A stretch of DNA of 64,000 nt. Source: Longimicrobiales bacterium (lineage in GTDB: Bacteria > Gemmatimonadota > Gemmatimonadetes > Longimicrobiales > Gaopeijiaceae). Within the stretch, counting starts at the first letter, position 1. Each line of letters opens with the position of its first letter. Both the position numbers and the translations under genes were made by a program. Positions 9,888 through 19,858 of this stretch are shown here, one piece after another. The stretch covers positions 3,776,001 to 3,840,000 of the forward strand of contig OZ242008.1 of NCBI GenBank assembly GCA_965204735.1, written 5' to 3'. Below the pieces are notes generated by a model. It was not told the origin of the DNA, did not search any database, and saw only the letters and a program-made list of their open reading frames with translations.

Positions 9888-10124
9888 GGACTCCTCCGTG
9901 CTCGCGAGGGTCATAGTCTCGGCTCGCGAGCGCCACAGTCGATCCCAGACCTTGAGCCGGCCCGGGGCACCTCAACCCAGAGACAGGATAGCCAACTTGA
10001 GCCGCTTCCGCCAACTTCCGGGAGTTCCGCTGGTGCAATTCGGTGGAGAACTGGACTTCCATCGACTTCCTCCGTAGCTTCGGCCAGAAGCAGCACCAAC
10101 CCTCCTCTGGACCGATCGAACACA

Positions 10125-11297
10125 GTGATCCAAGACAAGTATCGACGAGTGGAAGTAGGTGCCGACGGGAGACCCGGTGAATCCCTAGACCACGCCATTG
10201 CCGTACTCAATGGTCACTTTGACCCAGAGGACTTCTTCGTCACGCGAGCCGACAACGCGCTGCACGTATGGCTGCGACAGGTAGACATCGCGGCCTTGGA
10301 CAATGTCGTCCAGTCCGTTCTGGCCATACATGCCGACGCTGATCCCTTGCCAAGGATTGTTTCTGCGGTTCATGACATCGGAACCTACGGACTCAATGGC
10401 AAGAAGCGTCTATATGTAGGGTACAATCGCGAACGCAAGGTCGTGGGTCGCAAAGCAAAGGAGGGTCGTCGTGGAAAACACTACTACGCGCACGCAGACG
10501 ATTTCAGCAACCAGAATAGCCATCTTCCTGTCGGCATCGCAGACTCGATTATGTGCGGCGACAGTGAAGTGCTGCTGAAAGGATTGCCGGACAACTGCGT
10601 CGACCTTGTTTTTACCTCGCCTCCATACAATTTTGGTCTAGGGTACTCCGACGCTAGCGTCGAGGATGGGGATGCTGTCGACTGGGAATCGTATTTTGAC
10701 AAATTGTTTGCGGTATTGGACGAGTGCGTGCGCGTGCTCAAATTCGGAGGCCGCCTCGTGATAAATGTCCAGCCGTTGTTTTCTGACTACATCCCAAGTC
10801 ACCATATCATATCCGGTCACTTGATGAAGAGAAAAATGATATGGAAGGGAGAAATCCTGTGGGAGAAGAACAACTACAACTGCAAGTACACGGCCTGGGG
10901 CAGTTGGAAGAGCCCGTCCAGCCCGTACTTGAAGTACACATGGGAATTTGTTGAAGTCTTCTGCAAGGGCGACCTCAGGAAGACCGGACGGTCGGAGGAT
11001 GCGGACATTGACGCCGATTCCTTTAAGGATTGGGTCGTAGCCAAGTGGTCCATTGCCCCGGAGCGCCGAATGAGAGAGTATGGTCACCCGGCTATGTTTC
11101 CTGAAGAATTGGCGCGCAGAGTGCTGTTGCTGTTCAGTTTTCGCGGCGACACGATCCTGGACCCGTTTTGCGGCGTGGGAACTACGTGCGTTGCGGCTCG
11201 AAGGAGTGGCCGAAGATTCGTGGGCATGGATGTGTCGGACACCTATTGCATGACGGCGACAAAGAGATTGTCAGACGTGCCAATGTCGCTCTTGTAG
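10125..11297 (+). CDS. beta-class N4-C/N6-A DNA methyltransferase (Type II R-M)
   Basis: Motif IV TSPPY precedes HPAMFP and motif I DPFCGVGT; lower GC than flanks; GTG start inferred. Confidence 0.9.
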   Translation: MIQDKYRRVEVGADGRPGESLDHAIAVLNGHFDPEDFFVTRADNALHVWLRQVDIAALDNVVQSVLAIHADADPLPRIVSAVHDIGTYGLNGKKRLYVGYNRERKVVGRKAKEGRRGKHYYAHADDFSNQNSHLPVGIADSIMCGDSEVLLKGLPDNCVDLVFTSPPYNFGLGYSDASVEDGDAVDWESYFDKLFAVLDECVRVLKFGGRLVINVQPLFSDYIPSHHIISGHLMKRKMIWKGEILWEKNNYNCKYTAWGSWKSPSSPYLKYTWEFVEVFCKGDLRKTGRSEDADIDADSFKDWVVAKWSIAPERRMREYGHPAMFPEELARRVLLLFSFRGDTILDPFCGVGTTCVAARRSGRRFVGMDVSDTYCMTATKRLSDVPMSLL

Positions 11298-11298
11298 C

Positions 11299-12012
11299 AT
11301 GAGGGAAAAGCCACTGACTCGTGCAGACTTGATCGCCCTGTACGACAAGGTAGTGGGCAACATCGACGCCGAGGCGTCCGACGGTAACGAGAGGACGTAT
11401 GGTGGAGTAGTTCGCGCCGGCAAAGGGAAGTTGGTTGAAACGATGGCTGAGCATATTGTAATGCTGGCATGGCACGACGTTGGCGGACTGGCACAACGCT
11501 TGTCTTTCCACGATGTCAAGAAGTATCAGATCCATGTCTCGGACGATTATGTCGAAACGTTGTCGCCGGAAATCGCGCGGCATATAGGTATCAGCAAGAA
11601 CCAGCACAGCTATGGGGCGCACGTTGACAAACATGTATTTGTGGATGGCAGGATCGTATTGGGTGTTGAATGCAAGGCGTATACCGAAAACGCTATGCTC
11701 AAGCGAATTCTTGTGGACTTTCGTCTTCTCAAGTCACTGCATCCAAGGCTACATTGTTGCCTTCTTCAGCTGGAAAGCATGCTTGGCGGAGACTATGCGT
11801 ACCCATTGGCGTCGTTTCGATTTGGAAGTCCCAGTTCTCACGTCCTGATGTCTTTCTTCCCAGAGGTGAAGTTGAACATTGTTACGTTGTTGGAGGGCGA
11901 GCGAAACGTAAAGAAGCCAATCCACGACAGTAGATTCTTCAAGCCGCTGAAACCAGCGTCTCTAGATCGCGCCATCGAACAATTTGGCACGCTACTGGAA
12001 CCGTGGGTATAA
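11299..12012 (+). CDS. putative Type II restriction endonuclease (PD-(D/E)XK)
   Basis: Starts 1 nt after the MTase stop; VDKHVFVDGRIVLGVECK catalytic-like motif; low GC. Confidence 0.75.
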   Translation: MREKPLTRADLIALYDKVVGNIDAEASDGNERTYGGVVRAGKGKLVETMAEHIVMLAWHDVGGLAQRLSFHDVKKYQIHVSDDYVETLSPEIARHIGISKNQHSYGAHVDKHVFVDGRIVLGVECKAYTENAMLKRILVDFRLLKSLHPRLHCCLLQLESMLGGDYAYPLASFRFGSPSSHVLMSFFPEVKLNIVTLLEGERNVKKPIHDSRFFKPLKPASLDRAIEQFGTLLEPWV

Positions 12013-12198
12013 GATGGGCATCTCTCGCTGCTTCAAGTGGGAAGCCATCAAGCTTTCCGCAGATGAGTTCCACCACCCATCCCAGCACGCTGTCCCTCAC
12101 TCAAGGGACTTCCGCACCGGCGACGGCGGGTTGCGAGACCGAGTCGGTTGCGGAAGCTAGCCCGGGGGCCGCTCAGGTCGTCGGCGTCGGGCGGGCGG

Positions 12199-12566
12199 CT
12201 ACTTCTTGTCGTCGGCTCCGGCGGCGTTAGCGGCCCGTTCGAAGGCGGCTTGTCGGCGGTAGCTCTCGCCTTCAATGGTGAGGTTGTGGGCGTGGTGGAC
12301 GAGACGATCGACGGCGGCGATTCGTCATGTGGCCTTGTCGGCGAAGATGCGGTCCCCAGGTGCTGAACGGCTGGTTGGTGGTGACCATGAGCGAACGGTA
12401 GCACCTGCCGACGAACTCGAAGGGCACGCCGGTCTCGTTGCGTTCCTTGTCGACGTAGGCGATGTCGCTCGACCGCGTGACCCGCACCCCGCGTCTCGCG
12501 GCACTTCTGCTCCCGCTCGCGTGGCAGCGGTCGCAGTGCCTTGCCTTCCTTCTCGACCCGCTCCGC
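12199..12566 (-). pseudogene. IS21-family remnant: istA fragment joined to a frameshifted istB C-terminus
   Basis: ERVEKEGKALRPLPR, DIAYVDKERNET, RSLMVTTNQPFSTWG and AAVDRLVHHAHNLTIEGESYR* lie in shifting frames; near-duplicates of 13908-13950 and 12880-12935. Confidence 0.85.
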
Positions 12567-12809
12567 GCTCGCCCCGGCCCCGCTGACGGGAGGGCTTGTA
12601 GAGCGACAATCAGGATAAGACCCCGGCGACAATCAGGATGAGACGTCCAGGATCGTGACAGGAACGATGGCAGCGGAGGTGGAACGGGTCAAGACGAGGG
12701 GGTTGGGCATGGGGCAAGCGAGGCCGCGGAGCAGGCGCCCATCCGGCCCAAGCGCTTGATCGCGGAGAGTTGGCCGGTCTTGTCGGAATTCGAGGCCGCT
12801 GCTGGCCGT

Positions 12810-13463
12810 CTAACGCGAGATCTCGAACGGACGCGACCTGGGATACCCCTGAATTCGGGTTGTTTCATAGCGCGTGCCGACGAGCTCGAAGAGCGCGCTG
12901 GTCTCGTTGCGGTCCTTGTCGACGTAGGCGATGTCGTCGAGGATGACGAGGTGGAACTTGTGAAGCCGCCGGATCGCCGCTTCGAGGGCCAGGTCGCGGC
13001 GCGCCGCCTGGAGCTTCTGCACCAAGTCGGTGGCTCGGGCGTAGAGGACGCGGTAGCCGCGCTCGACGAGGGCGAGGCCGATCCCGGCGGCGAGATGGCT
13101 CTTGCCGGTGCCGGGCGGGCCGAGGACGACGATGTTGTGGCCGTCGTCGATCCAGTCGCCTCCCTTGGCGAGGACGCGGACGAGCGGTTCGGACAGTCCG
13201 GGCAGGCGGTCGAAGTCGAAGTTGTCGAGCGTCTTGCCGAGCGGCAGCTTGGCCTCGGCGCGGTGGCGCTCGAAGCGTCGGCGCGCCCGGTCGGCGAGTT
13301 CCTGCTCGGCCAGCTGTGCGAGGTACCGGTCGTGGGACCAGCCTTCGCGCTGTGCCCGGTCGGCGAACGGTCGCCACATGTCCTTCATGGTGGGCATGCG
13401 CAGTTCCTTGAGCATGCGGTCCACCTCGGCGTCGTCCACGACGAAGGGCTGCTTGGGGCTCAT
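12810..13463 (-). pseudogene. istB: IstB AAA+ ATPase, C-terminally truncated
   Basis: GPPGTGKSH Walker A and LVILDD Walker B; homology stops after GTRYE; ATGA overlap with the istA stop. Confidence 0.85.
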
Positions 13464-14830
13464 CGAGCGTCTCCTTCCGGATGGCGGGCGGCCCCGTCGG
13501 GGGCCGGTCCTTCGGCGGGGCCGTCGCCGTTGCGGGCGCCGAAGAGGCCGTCGTAGCGGTCCAGCGAACCTTCGCGCACGGCAGGCACGATGTCGAGGAC
13601 GCCGGGCTCGGGCTCGGCGAACTCGGTTGCGAGCGCCTTCGGGTCGGGGATGCCGCCGGCGTCGAGAACGTCGTCGATGCGCTCGGCCAGCGCTCGCTCG
13701 CAGCCCTGTTCGTGGGCGAGCGCGAGCAGGGCGACGGCGACGCGGCACGCCCTGCGGTCGCCGTGCTTGGCCACGACCTCGTCGTAGGCTCTGCGGTAGG
13801 CGTCCGCGGGGGAAGAGCTGGTCGCAGCACCTTGCAGCACCCAGTCCTTCAACGCCATCGTCTTGCGCTGGAGCGACCGGATCACGTGGCGGTAGTCGAC
13901 GCCGCGCGGCAGCGGCCGCAGCGCCTTGCCTTCCTTCTCGACCCGCTCCGTGCTCCGGCGGGCGTTGCGGCGAGCGACCACGCCGGCCACGAAGGCGCGG
14001 TACGCCTCGACCGACTCGAACTCGCGCGAGCCCTTCAGCATCAGCGCGTCGACGAGCACCCGCTTGAAGTGGCCGTGGCTGCTCTCGACCACGCCGTTCT
14101 CGTGTGCCCGGCCCCGGTTGTTGCGCGTCGGCGTCATCCGGTAGTGGGCGCACAGCGCCTCGTAGCGCCTGGTCTGGTCCTCCGCCGCTTCCTGCGACAG
14201 GTTCCTGAACGCCGCCGACAGGCTGTCCGTCCGATGCTCTGCCGGCGCCCCGCCCAGCGTCCACAGCGCCTCCTGCAGCCCCTCGGCCAGCGCCGTCCAA
14301 CTCTCGCCGCCCAGCACGACGCGAGCGTGCTCGAAGCCCGAGTACGGCAGCCGGAAGCGGTACAGCATGTGCCGCAGCGGCTCGCCGGCGACCGTCACCC
14401 CCAGCTTCGCCATGGCGGTGAAGTCCGAGTAGCCCCGACGACCCGGACGGTGCTTCTGCACGAACACCACCTCCCGCTCCGGACCGTGCAGCGCCTTCCA
14501 CTCCCGCACCCGCCGCTCGACCGTCCGCCGCGTGCTCGCCGGCAGCTCGGGATGCAGCCTGCGCAGCTCCTCGAAGACCGCCACCGCCCGCAGCTTCGGG
14601 TTCCGCTCGAGCAGTGGCGCCGCCACCCGCTCGAACAACCCGCCCAGCGGGTCCGGCCGCCTGCTCCCGCGCGGCTTCCGCTTCTCCGACGGCAAGCGAC
14701 GGTCCGCCTCCAGCCTGTACCCCGTCGCCCTGCTGAACCCCGCCTTCGCCGCCGTCTCGACGGCAAGCCCGTCCTTCCGGTGCCTCATGTACTGCCTCGC
14801 CTGGCCATCGTTCACGTGCAGGTCCGCCAT
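13460..14830 (-). CDS. istA: IS21-family transposase IstA (probably internally deleted)
   Basis: HTH N-terminus; SDFT, HRTDSL and ENGVVES DDE motifs; LRPLPR joined directly to GVDYRH. Confidence 0.85.
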   Translation of the reverse strand: MADLHVNDGQARQYMRHRKDGLAVETAAKAGFSRATGYRLEADRRLPSEKRKPRGSRRPDPLGGLFERVAAPLLERNPKLRAVAVFEELRRLHPELPASTRRTVERRVREWKALHGPEREVVFVQKHRPGRRGYSDFTAMAKLGVTVAGEPLRHMLYRFRLPYSGFEHARVVLGGESWTALAEGLQEALWTLGGAPAEHRTDSLSAAFRNLSQEAAEDQTRRYEALCAHYRMTPTRNNRGRAHENGVVESSHGHFKRVLVDALMLKGSREFESVEAYRAFVAGVVARRNARRSTERVEKEGKALRPLPRGVDYRHVIRSLQRKTMALKDWVLQGAATSSSPADAYRRAYDEVVAKHGDRRACRVAVALLALAHEQGCERALAERIDDVLDAGGIPDPKALATEFAEPEPGVLDIVPAVREGSLDRYDGLFGARNGDGPAEGPAPDGAARHPEGDAR

Positions 14831-15130
14831 CAGCGCTCCTCCTCGTTGGGGAAGGCACTGATGTAGTTGGACCTCGTTCCACGATCACCGACGGCCGGCC
14901 TCCGAACGACAGGACCGAACCCGCGTCCGAATCCCTCGACCTCAGATCACGGCCGCCTCCGGCAGTCTCATCTTGGTTGTCGCTACCGTCTCATCTTGGT
15001 TGTCGCTCGACAGGTTGATCATGGGGCCAGAGCGGCCGGGTCTCGAGACGCCGTAGCCCTTCGGGGTCCCCAACCCGGTACCCTCGGCGGCGGAAGGGAA
15101 CCTTTCGGGATCCACTTGGTATACGCCTAC

Positions 15131-15748
15131 ATGGATACGCATCCTCCCATGAAGGGGCCGGCTCCGGTCCTGGTCCCGTTCGGGTCCATCGCACCCGGCC
15201 TCAAGTTCGACCTTCGCCTCTTTCACGAGTGCGACGACGCATTCTTCGCTGAGGCGGACCGGCGGTTGCGGCCTTGCCTCGAGGCTGTCACTTGGCGGTG
15301 GGCCCGGGACCCGGACCACGCCGACCACCTGGAGCAGTTGACCATGATCCGCGTCTACGAAAAGCGAGCGACCTACTCTGGAAAGGGTTCGCTGCTGGCG
15401 TGGACTTGGAGCATCTGCGCGAACGTCTGCAGGGAGGAGGCTCGGAAATCGGGCGGCGCGAAGACGGTGGCCCTGGAGAACTTCGAGGACCTTGCGGACA
15501 CTACCCTCGGTCCGGCCGAAGCGTTTGAGCGTCGCGCACGGGCCGCGATAGTCCACAAGGCGTTGGCGAAGCTCGGCGAGCGAGAGCGGGAGGCAGTTTG
15601 GGCCCGGTACGGGGAGGGGCAGAGCCTGAAGGAGGTCGCCCAGTCCATGGGGATCAACGTTCGCACAGCCGCCGTGCTGGCCCGGCGCGGCCTGGATCAG
15701 TTGGCCGGCATGGACGAACTCGCCGAAACCGTTCTGGCCGACGCATGA
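15131..15748 (+). CDS. ECF-type sigma-70 factor
   Basis: Region 2 (DHLEQLTMIRVY...SLLAWTWSICAN) and region 4 HTH (LGEREREAV...SLKEVAQSMGI); start uncertain. Confidence 0.8.
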   Translation: MDTHPPMKGPAPVLVPFGSIAPGLKFDLRLFHECDDAFFAEADRRLRPCLEAVTWRWARDPDHADHLEQLTMIRVYEKRATYSGKGSLLAWTWSICANVCREEARKSGGAKTVALENFEDLADTTLGPAEAFERRARAAIVHKALAKLGEREREAVWARYGEGQSLKEVAQSMGINVRTAAVLARRGLDQLAGMDELAETVLADA

Positions 15749-16695
15749 GCGTCCATAGTTCGCTGGCACGGGCACCGGTAGCATCGCGGCCGCCGGCGCT
15801 GGTTCTGGGGCGCAGTCCAAAGTTGCGAGCCCGTGTCGGCATGGGGCTACGGACCGGCGGTGCCCGCCGGGTCCTGGGCGGGGCGCGAGTCGCCTCCGAT
15901 TGGGGCCACCTCCGCGAGATGTCTCTACAGTTCCCCGGTTCACCAGCCTTCGTCGATCCTACGGTGCCGTCGGGCGATTTGTCTCCTGACCCCGCAGCTT
16001 GGTTCCGGAGGGCGTGCCCGGCGTGTCCCGTGCTCGGCTATGCCGCTGCAACCAACGCGGAAGTTCGCATGTTCGCAGCGCCGAAGTACGCGTTCGCGAC
16101 ATGGTTGCGACCCGGCGTCGACGACCGGCTCACCACCATAGGTTCGGTCGCGCTACGGCATGCGGGTGCCGCCGAGGTCCGCGCCGTTGTCAACCGGGTC
16201 GTTGCGGTAGCGCCTTCTCCGGCCCGTGATCTCGTGGAGCGCGCGGTCGGCAAGACGATCTTCCCCTGTTCGGTCGAGGCCTTCGCCCGTGATCTAGTCA
16301 CAAATGTGCGTACGCTACGCTGGCGCTGCTCGGCGTGGGGTCTGCCACCGCCTAAGCGGCTTCTGTCTCTGGGACGAGCCTACCATGTGCACCGGCTGGC
16401 TCGATGGAGCGGCGCACCCCCCTCCGTCGTCGCGGCTGCACTCGGCTTCCGTGACCCCTCGAACTACCGGCGGCTGGTGCGGACGGTCCTGGGCTTGCCG
16501 CCTTCAGAAGTGGTCGAACGCGGCGGCCCGGACTACGTGGCCTCGGTATTCGTCGAGGCGGTGACTTCGGGGCTGCCCATTCGTCGTGCCCATCGGCCGT
16601 TGCCGATTCCGACACCCCCAAGGGGAGAGCGTTCTGCATCTACCCATCACACTGCTGGTACGCGCCACGGGCCGCCAGCACCCACCACACCGTAG
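15745..16695 (+). CDS. AraC-family HTH regulator
   Basis: ATGA overlap with the sigma gene; C-terminal VAAALGFRDPSNYRRLVRTVLGLPPSE AraC signature. Confidence 0.75.
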   Translation: MSVHSSLARAPVASRPPALVLGRSPKLRARVGMGLRTGGARRVLGGARVASDWGHLREMSLQFPGSPAFVDPTVPSGDLSPDPAAWFRRACPACPVLGYAAATNAEVRMFAAPKYAFATWLRPGVDDRLTTIGSVALRHAGAAEVRAVVNRVVAVAPSPARDLVERAVGKTIFPCSVEAFARDLVTNVRTLRWRCSAWGLPPPKRLLSLGRAYHVHRLARWSGAPPSVVAAALGFRDPSNYRRLVRTVLGLPPSEVVERGGPDYVASVFVEAVTSGLPIRRAHRPLPIPTPPRGERSASTHHTAGTRHGPPAPTTP

Positions 16696-16714
16696 TCGAG
16701 GAAAGGCACTCAAG

Positions 16715-18415
16715 ATGACCGCCAACACTCCAAGGCGCCATGCGCTCACCGCGTGGCTGCTCGCCGCCGCCCTGTCGGCCGCGTGCTCCGACAACCTGCC
16801 CACGGTCGCTCCCTCGGCGATGCCGCCCGACGCGGGCACGCTCATGGACGACAAACCGGCCGAATTCGCGTCGCACGCAGGCGACGTCATCGACAACTTC
16901 ACGCCCCGACTCGACCTGACGATCCGGGTTGTGGGAGCCTTGGCCCCGAACTCCCTGGTAGTCCTCGAACTTGAGGCCACGGCCAACGAGGCCATCTCCG
17001 CCGGGACCATCGACCTCGTCTTGCCTACCATGGCAGGACTGGCGTACAATGGTCCAGACAGGCATCCGCGTTTTCCTCCTTCGAACAAGATGCCAACGAT
17101 CGGATCATGGACTCTCTCGCAGCTCGCTAGGGGTGCCCATTGGAAGCAGAACGTGTCGATCCGCCTTCCTGACAAAGGCTACTACCAAGTCGCCGTAGAC
17201 GTTCGGACGACCGGGCCCGATCCATTGGGCATGGGTCCGTACTTGATCGACGACACTCACGAACAGGCCTGGATGCTCGTTGTCGAAAGCGGAGGGTCTC
17301 TTACCCGCCAATTTGAGGATTCAGTCTTTCCCGACCGGATCGCTCCACAGCCCGGTCCGTTTCGTGTCCGCCCAGGCAGTCAATCCCGTGCGCAGCCCGA
17401 GGCCCGCTCAGCCAGATCATCGCCGAGCCACACTTGGTTGGAATTCGTGTACTACGACGGTAGCCGGTACGTGCCAGCCGAAGGAACTTACGCGAGTGGC
17501 AAGCTGTACGGCCAGGCGGACAGCACTCGTCGCACCACTAGTTGGAGAGTGCCGAGGAACGGGACCATTAGATTACCTTGTGCGCCCCCGTTTCAGTATT
17601 GGCGAGGCAGTGCCGCCTTGCCGGGCTCGACGTATGCGCGAGGAACCGTGGCCACGTACTACTGGGACGCCGAACCCCATGAGTGTGGAGACACGATTCA
17701 GGTCAACGTTCCACGGGCGCTGTACCTGAGTTGGAGCTACCTAAACGAAGTGATTCCACGAATCAACAGTCACTTCGGCTTTAGCAGGCCAGCGGTCGCT
17801 TGGCAAGTCAACCTGACACAGCGTGGATCACACTTTAGTCCCCAATCCGACGCAATCATGCTCGGACGGTCATACATCGACAAGTGGGTTGTTGCGCACG
17901 AATACGGGCACGCGCTGCAGCACCTGTCGCTAGGAGGACTGTGGAATGCACATAACTGCCGAGACCACTTCATTTTCGTGCCCTCGTCGTATACTTGCGC
18001 TTTTCTGGAAGGATTGGCCGACTACGCGGGCAGCATTGGCGCCCCACGGGAGAGTGCCGAATGGGGAGGTAGTTACGAGAACGTACGCGCATCTCCTAGA
18101 CCGGCCGAGACCGAAGGAAACGTTGCTGCCTTGCTAAGAGACTTGATTGACACAACAAACGAGTACGGTGATAGGACAACCTATTCTGCTCGGTACGTCT
18201 TCGAGGTTTTCAAGACATGTGTATCCGGCGGGGCAGCTCGCAACGACGTAACCGACTTCGTTTGGTGCCTGGAAAACCGGGTGGACGCTACGGTGCACCG
18301 GACCAACTTTCCAACGCGCCACGTCCCCTCGTCGGTGGCCGAAAGGGCAAGCGAGCCATTGTCTTGGAACGCGGACCACATTCGGTCGACCTGGCTCAAG
18401 AATGTCGGCCGCTAG
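16715..18415 (+). CDS. lipoprotein zinc metallopeptidase
   Basis: Lipobox LSAAC; VAHEYGH followed by FLEGLAD; lower GC. Confidence 0.8.
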   Translation: MTANTPRRHALTAWLLAAALSAACSDNLPTVAPSAMPPDAGTLMDDKPAEFASHAGDVIDNFTPRLDLTIRVVGALAPNSLVVLELEATANEAISAGTIDLVLPTMAGLAYNGPDRHPRFPPSNKMPTIGSWTLSQLARGAHWKQNVSIRLPDKGYYQVAVDVRTTGPDPLGMGPYLIDDTHEQAWMLVVESGGSLTRQFEDSVFPDRIAPQPGPFRVRPGSQSRAQPEARSARSSPSHTWLEFVYYDGSRYVPAEGTYASGKLYGQADSTRRTTSWRVPRNGTIRLPCAPPFQYWRGSAALPGSTYARGTVATYYWDAEPHECGDTIQVNVPRALYLSWSYLNEVIPRINSHFGFSRPAVAWQVNLTQRGSHFSPQSDAIMLGRSYIDKWVVAHEYGHALQHLSLGGLWNAHNCRDHFIFVPSSYTCAFLEGLADYAGSIGAPRESAEWGGSYENVRASPRPAETEGNVAALLRDLIDTTNEYGDRTTYSARYVFEVFKTCVSGGAARNDVTDFVWCLENRVDATVHRTNFPTRHVPSSVAERASEPLSWNADHIRSTWLKNVGR

Positions 18416-18998
18416 CGCGCACATGGCAGGTGCGCGGCACCTCGTCGCACGCTTTGACGCCGCGCACTTGCGGACGCTTCGGGCCGTCGGCTTGCTGGTC
18501 GTCGGCTTGGCTAGCGGGTGCAACGATGGTTGTTGTTGGCTTCAGATGAGTCCGGGACACTGGTACAGTCCGGTCCCAGGTGAGAGCTGGAACAGCCTTC
18601 TCGAAGACACGGTCGGACTCGCGGGCTTGCAGATCGACGTACGTGGTCGGACTTTCGTCGCAAAGAACTTCTTGGACGCGCGGGACAACGAGGTGCGCGT
18701 GAAGGTGGGGAGGGCTGGGCGCGTTAGCGTTGCTGCCAAGCTGGTGCACGGAGACTCGGTCGTTGCAGACGGCGTGGCGTCTTGGTTGCTCGAACCCGAA
18801 ACGTTTTGGAGCCTGAGGATCATGCGCGGACCCGGATCCGTCGGGTGTCCAGGCCGGTGCGACGAATACGTAGTGATTCCGATAGCGGAGGCGGCCGTCC
18901 GCTACCCCGGAGAGGCACTTTGGCTCTCCTGGACAGCTTGGCCGCACGACCCCGACCCCAACATCATCTACAGGAACGTGGCCAACGCCGCCTCATGA
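18402..18998 (+). CDS. hypothetical lipoprotein
   Basis: Overlaps the protease stop; lipobox-like LASGC; start uncertain. Confidence 0.6.
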   Translation: MSAASAHMAGARHLVARFDAAHLRTLRAVGLLVVGLASGCNDGCCWLQMSPGHWYSPVPGESWNSLLEDTVGLAGLQIDVRGRTFVAKNFLDARDNEVRVKVGRAGRVSVAAKLVHGDSVVADGVASWLLEPETFWSLRIMRGPGSVGCPGRCDEYVVIPIAEAAVRYPGEALWLSWTAWPHDPDPNIIYRNVANAAS

Positions 18999-19155
18999 CG
19001 TCGAGAAAACATGTCCACTGGCTGGGCCCTGGACCGGGGCGCCCGCTGCCGCGTGTTCCGCATTCAGCCGACGACGGGACGGTTGACGGCCCAGTCGGGC
19101 ACGCGCCATGTTCAGCGCAACGTCATTCACTCACCTGCCATAAGGCGAACAGAAG

Positions 19156-19707
19156 ATGACCAACAAGAACGCAAGACTCGTGCTGGCGGGGACGGCAGCC
19201 GCCTTGGTCGCGTGCGGCCCTTCCGGTGACGGCGACGACGCGCACGGCTCCGAAGCTCGCGAGGCCGAGGTCGCGGCGACGCCCGCGGACGGCGAGGAGT
19301 CGGCCGAGCAGCTGGCCAAGGACCAGACCTACGACCACGAGCGGATGGGCTCGCGCCTGGTGCTCGCGTACGACGAACAGGCCCGCTCGTTCGCCGGGAC
19401 CGTGGAGAACGTCGGCGCCGAGCCGCTGACCCGGGTGCGGGTGGAAGTCCATCTGTCCAACGGCGTCGAACTCGGGCCGACGACCCCGGTCGACCTGGCT
19501 CCCGGCGAGAGCCGCTCCGTGTCCTTGGAGGCTTCCGAGGCGCCCTTCGAGACGTGGAGCGCCCATGCAGAGGTCGGCGGTGCGGAAGGCGAGCACGAAC
19601 ACGAGGGCGAGGAAAGCGAGCACGGGGAAAGGGAGTCGGGCGAGCACGAGGGCTCTGAGAAGTCGGCCGAAGGCAAGGAGTCCCGCGAACACGGCAGCAG
19701 AAGCTGA
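19156..19707 (+). CDS. lipoprotein with FxLYD-like Ig domain and Glu/His-rich tail
   Basis: Lipobox LVAC; FAGTVENVGAEPLTRVRVEV...DLAPGE; tail EGEHEHEGEESEHGE. Confidence 0.8.
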   Translation: MTNKNARLVLAGTAAALVACGPSGDGDDAHGSEAREAEVAATPADGEESAEQLAKDQTYDHERMGSRLVLAYDEQARSFAGTVENVGAEPLTRVRVEVHLSNGVELGPTTPVDLAPGESRSVSLEASEAPFETWSAHAEVGGAEGEHEHEGEESEHGERESGEHEGSEKSAEGKESREHGSRS

Positions 19708-19858
19708 CGGACGGCCTCCTCGGCCCGACCACGACAGCCGACGTCCCGCCGGGCAGACGATCGACATCCAACCGGGTTGCCGGTCCTTCAAGACGGGGAG
19801 CACCCACGCCGAAGTGGCCCAGCGGCGACGACCGTCCGGACCCCGAGGAGCCCTACTA

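Larger units (their letters stand above)
12597..15012 (-). mobile_element. IS21-family insertion sequence (degenerate)
   Basis: Ends TGTAGAGCGACAATCAGGATAAGAC (12597) and, on the reverse strand, TGTCGAGCGACAACCAAGATGAGAC (15012), each with two internal repeats; contains istA and istB. Confidence 0.9.

Noticed and set aside
9876..10124. Longer N-terminal extension of the MTase given in the ORF track
   Set aside because: Overlaps the divergent gene's start and is low-complexity; more likely intergenic
12587..15022. Target-site duplication around the IS21
   Set aside because: Flanks (…gagggct and ggttgat…) do not match
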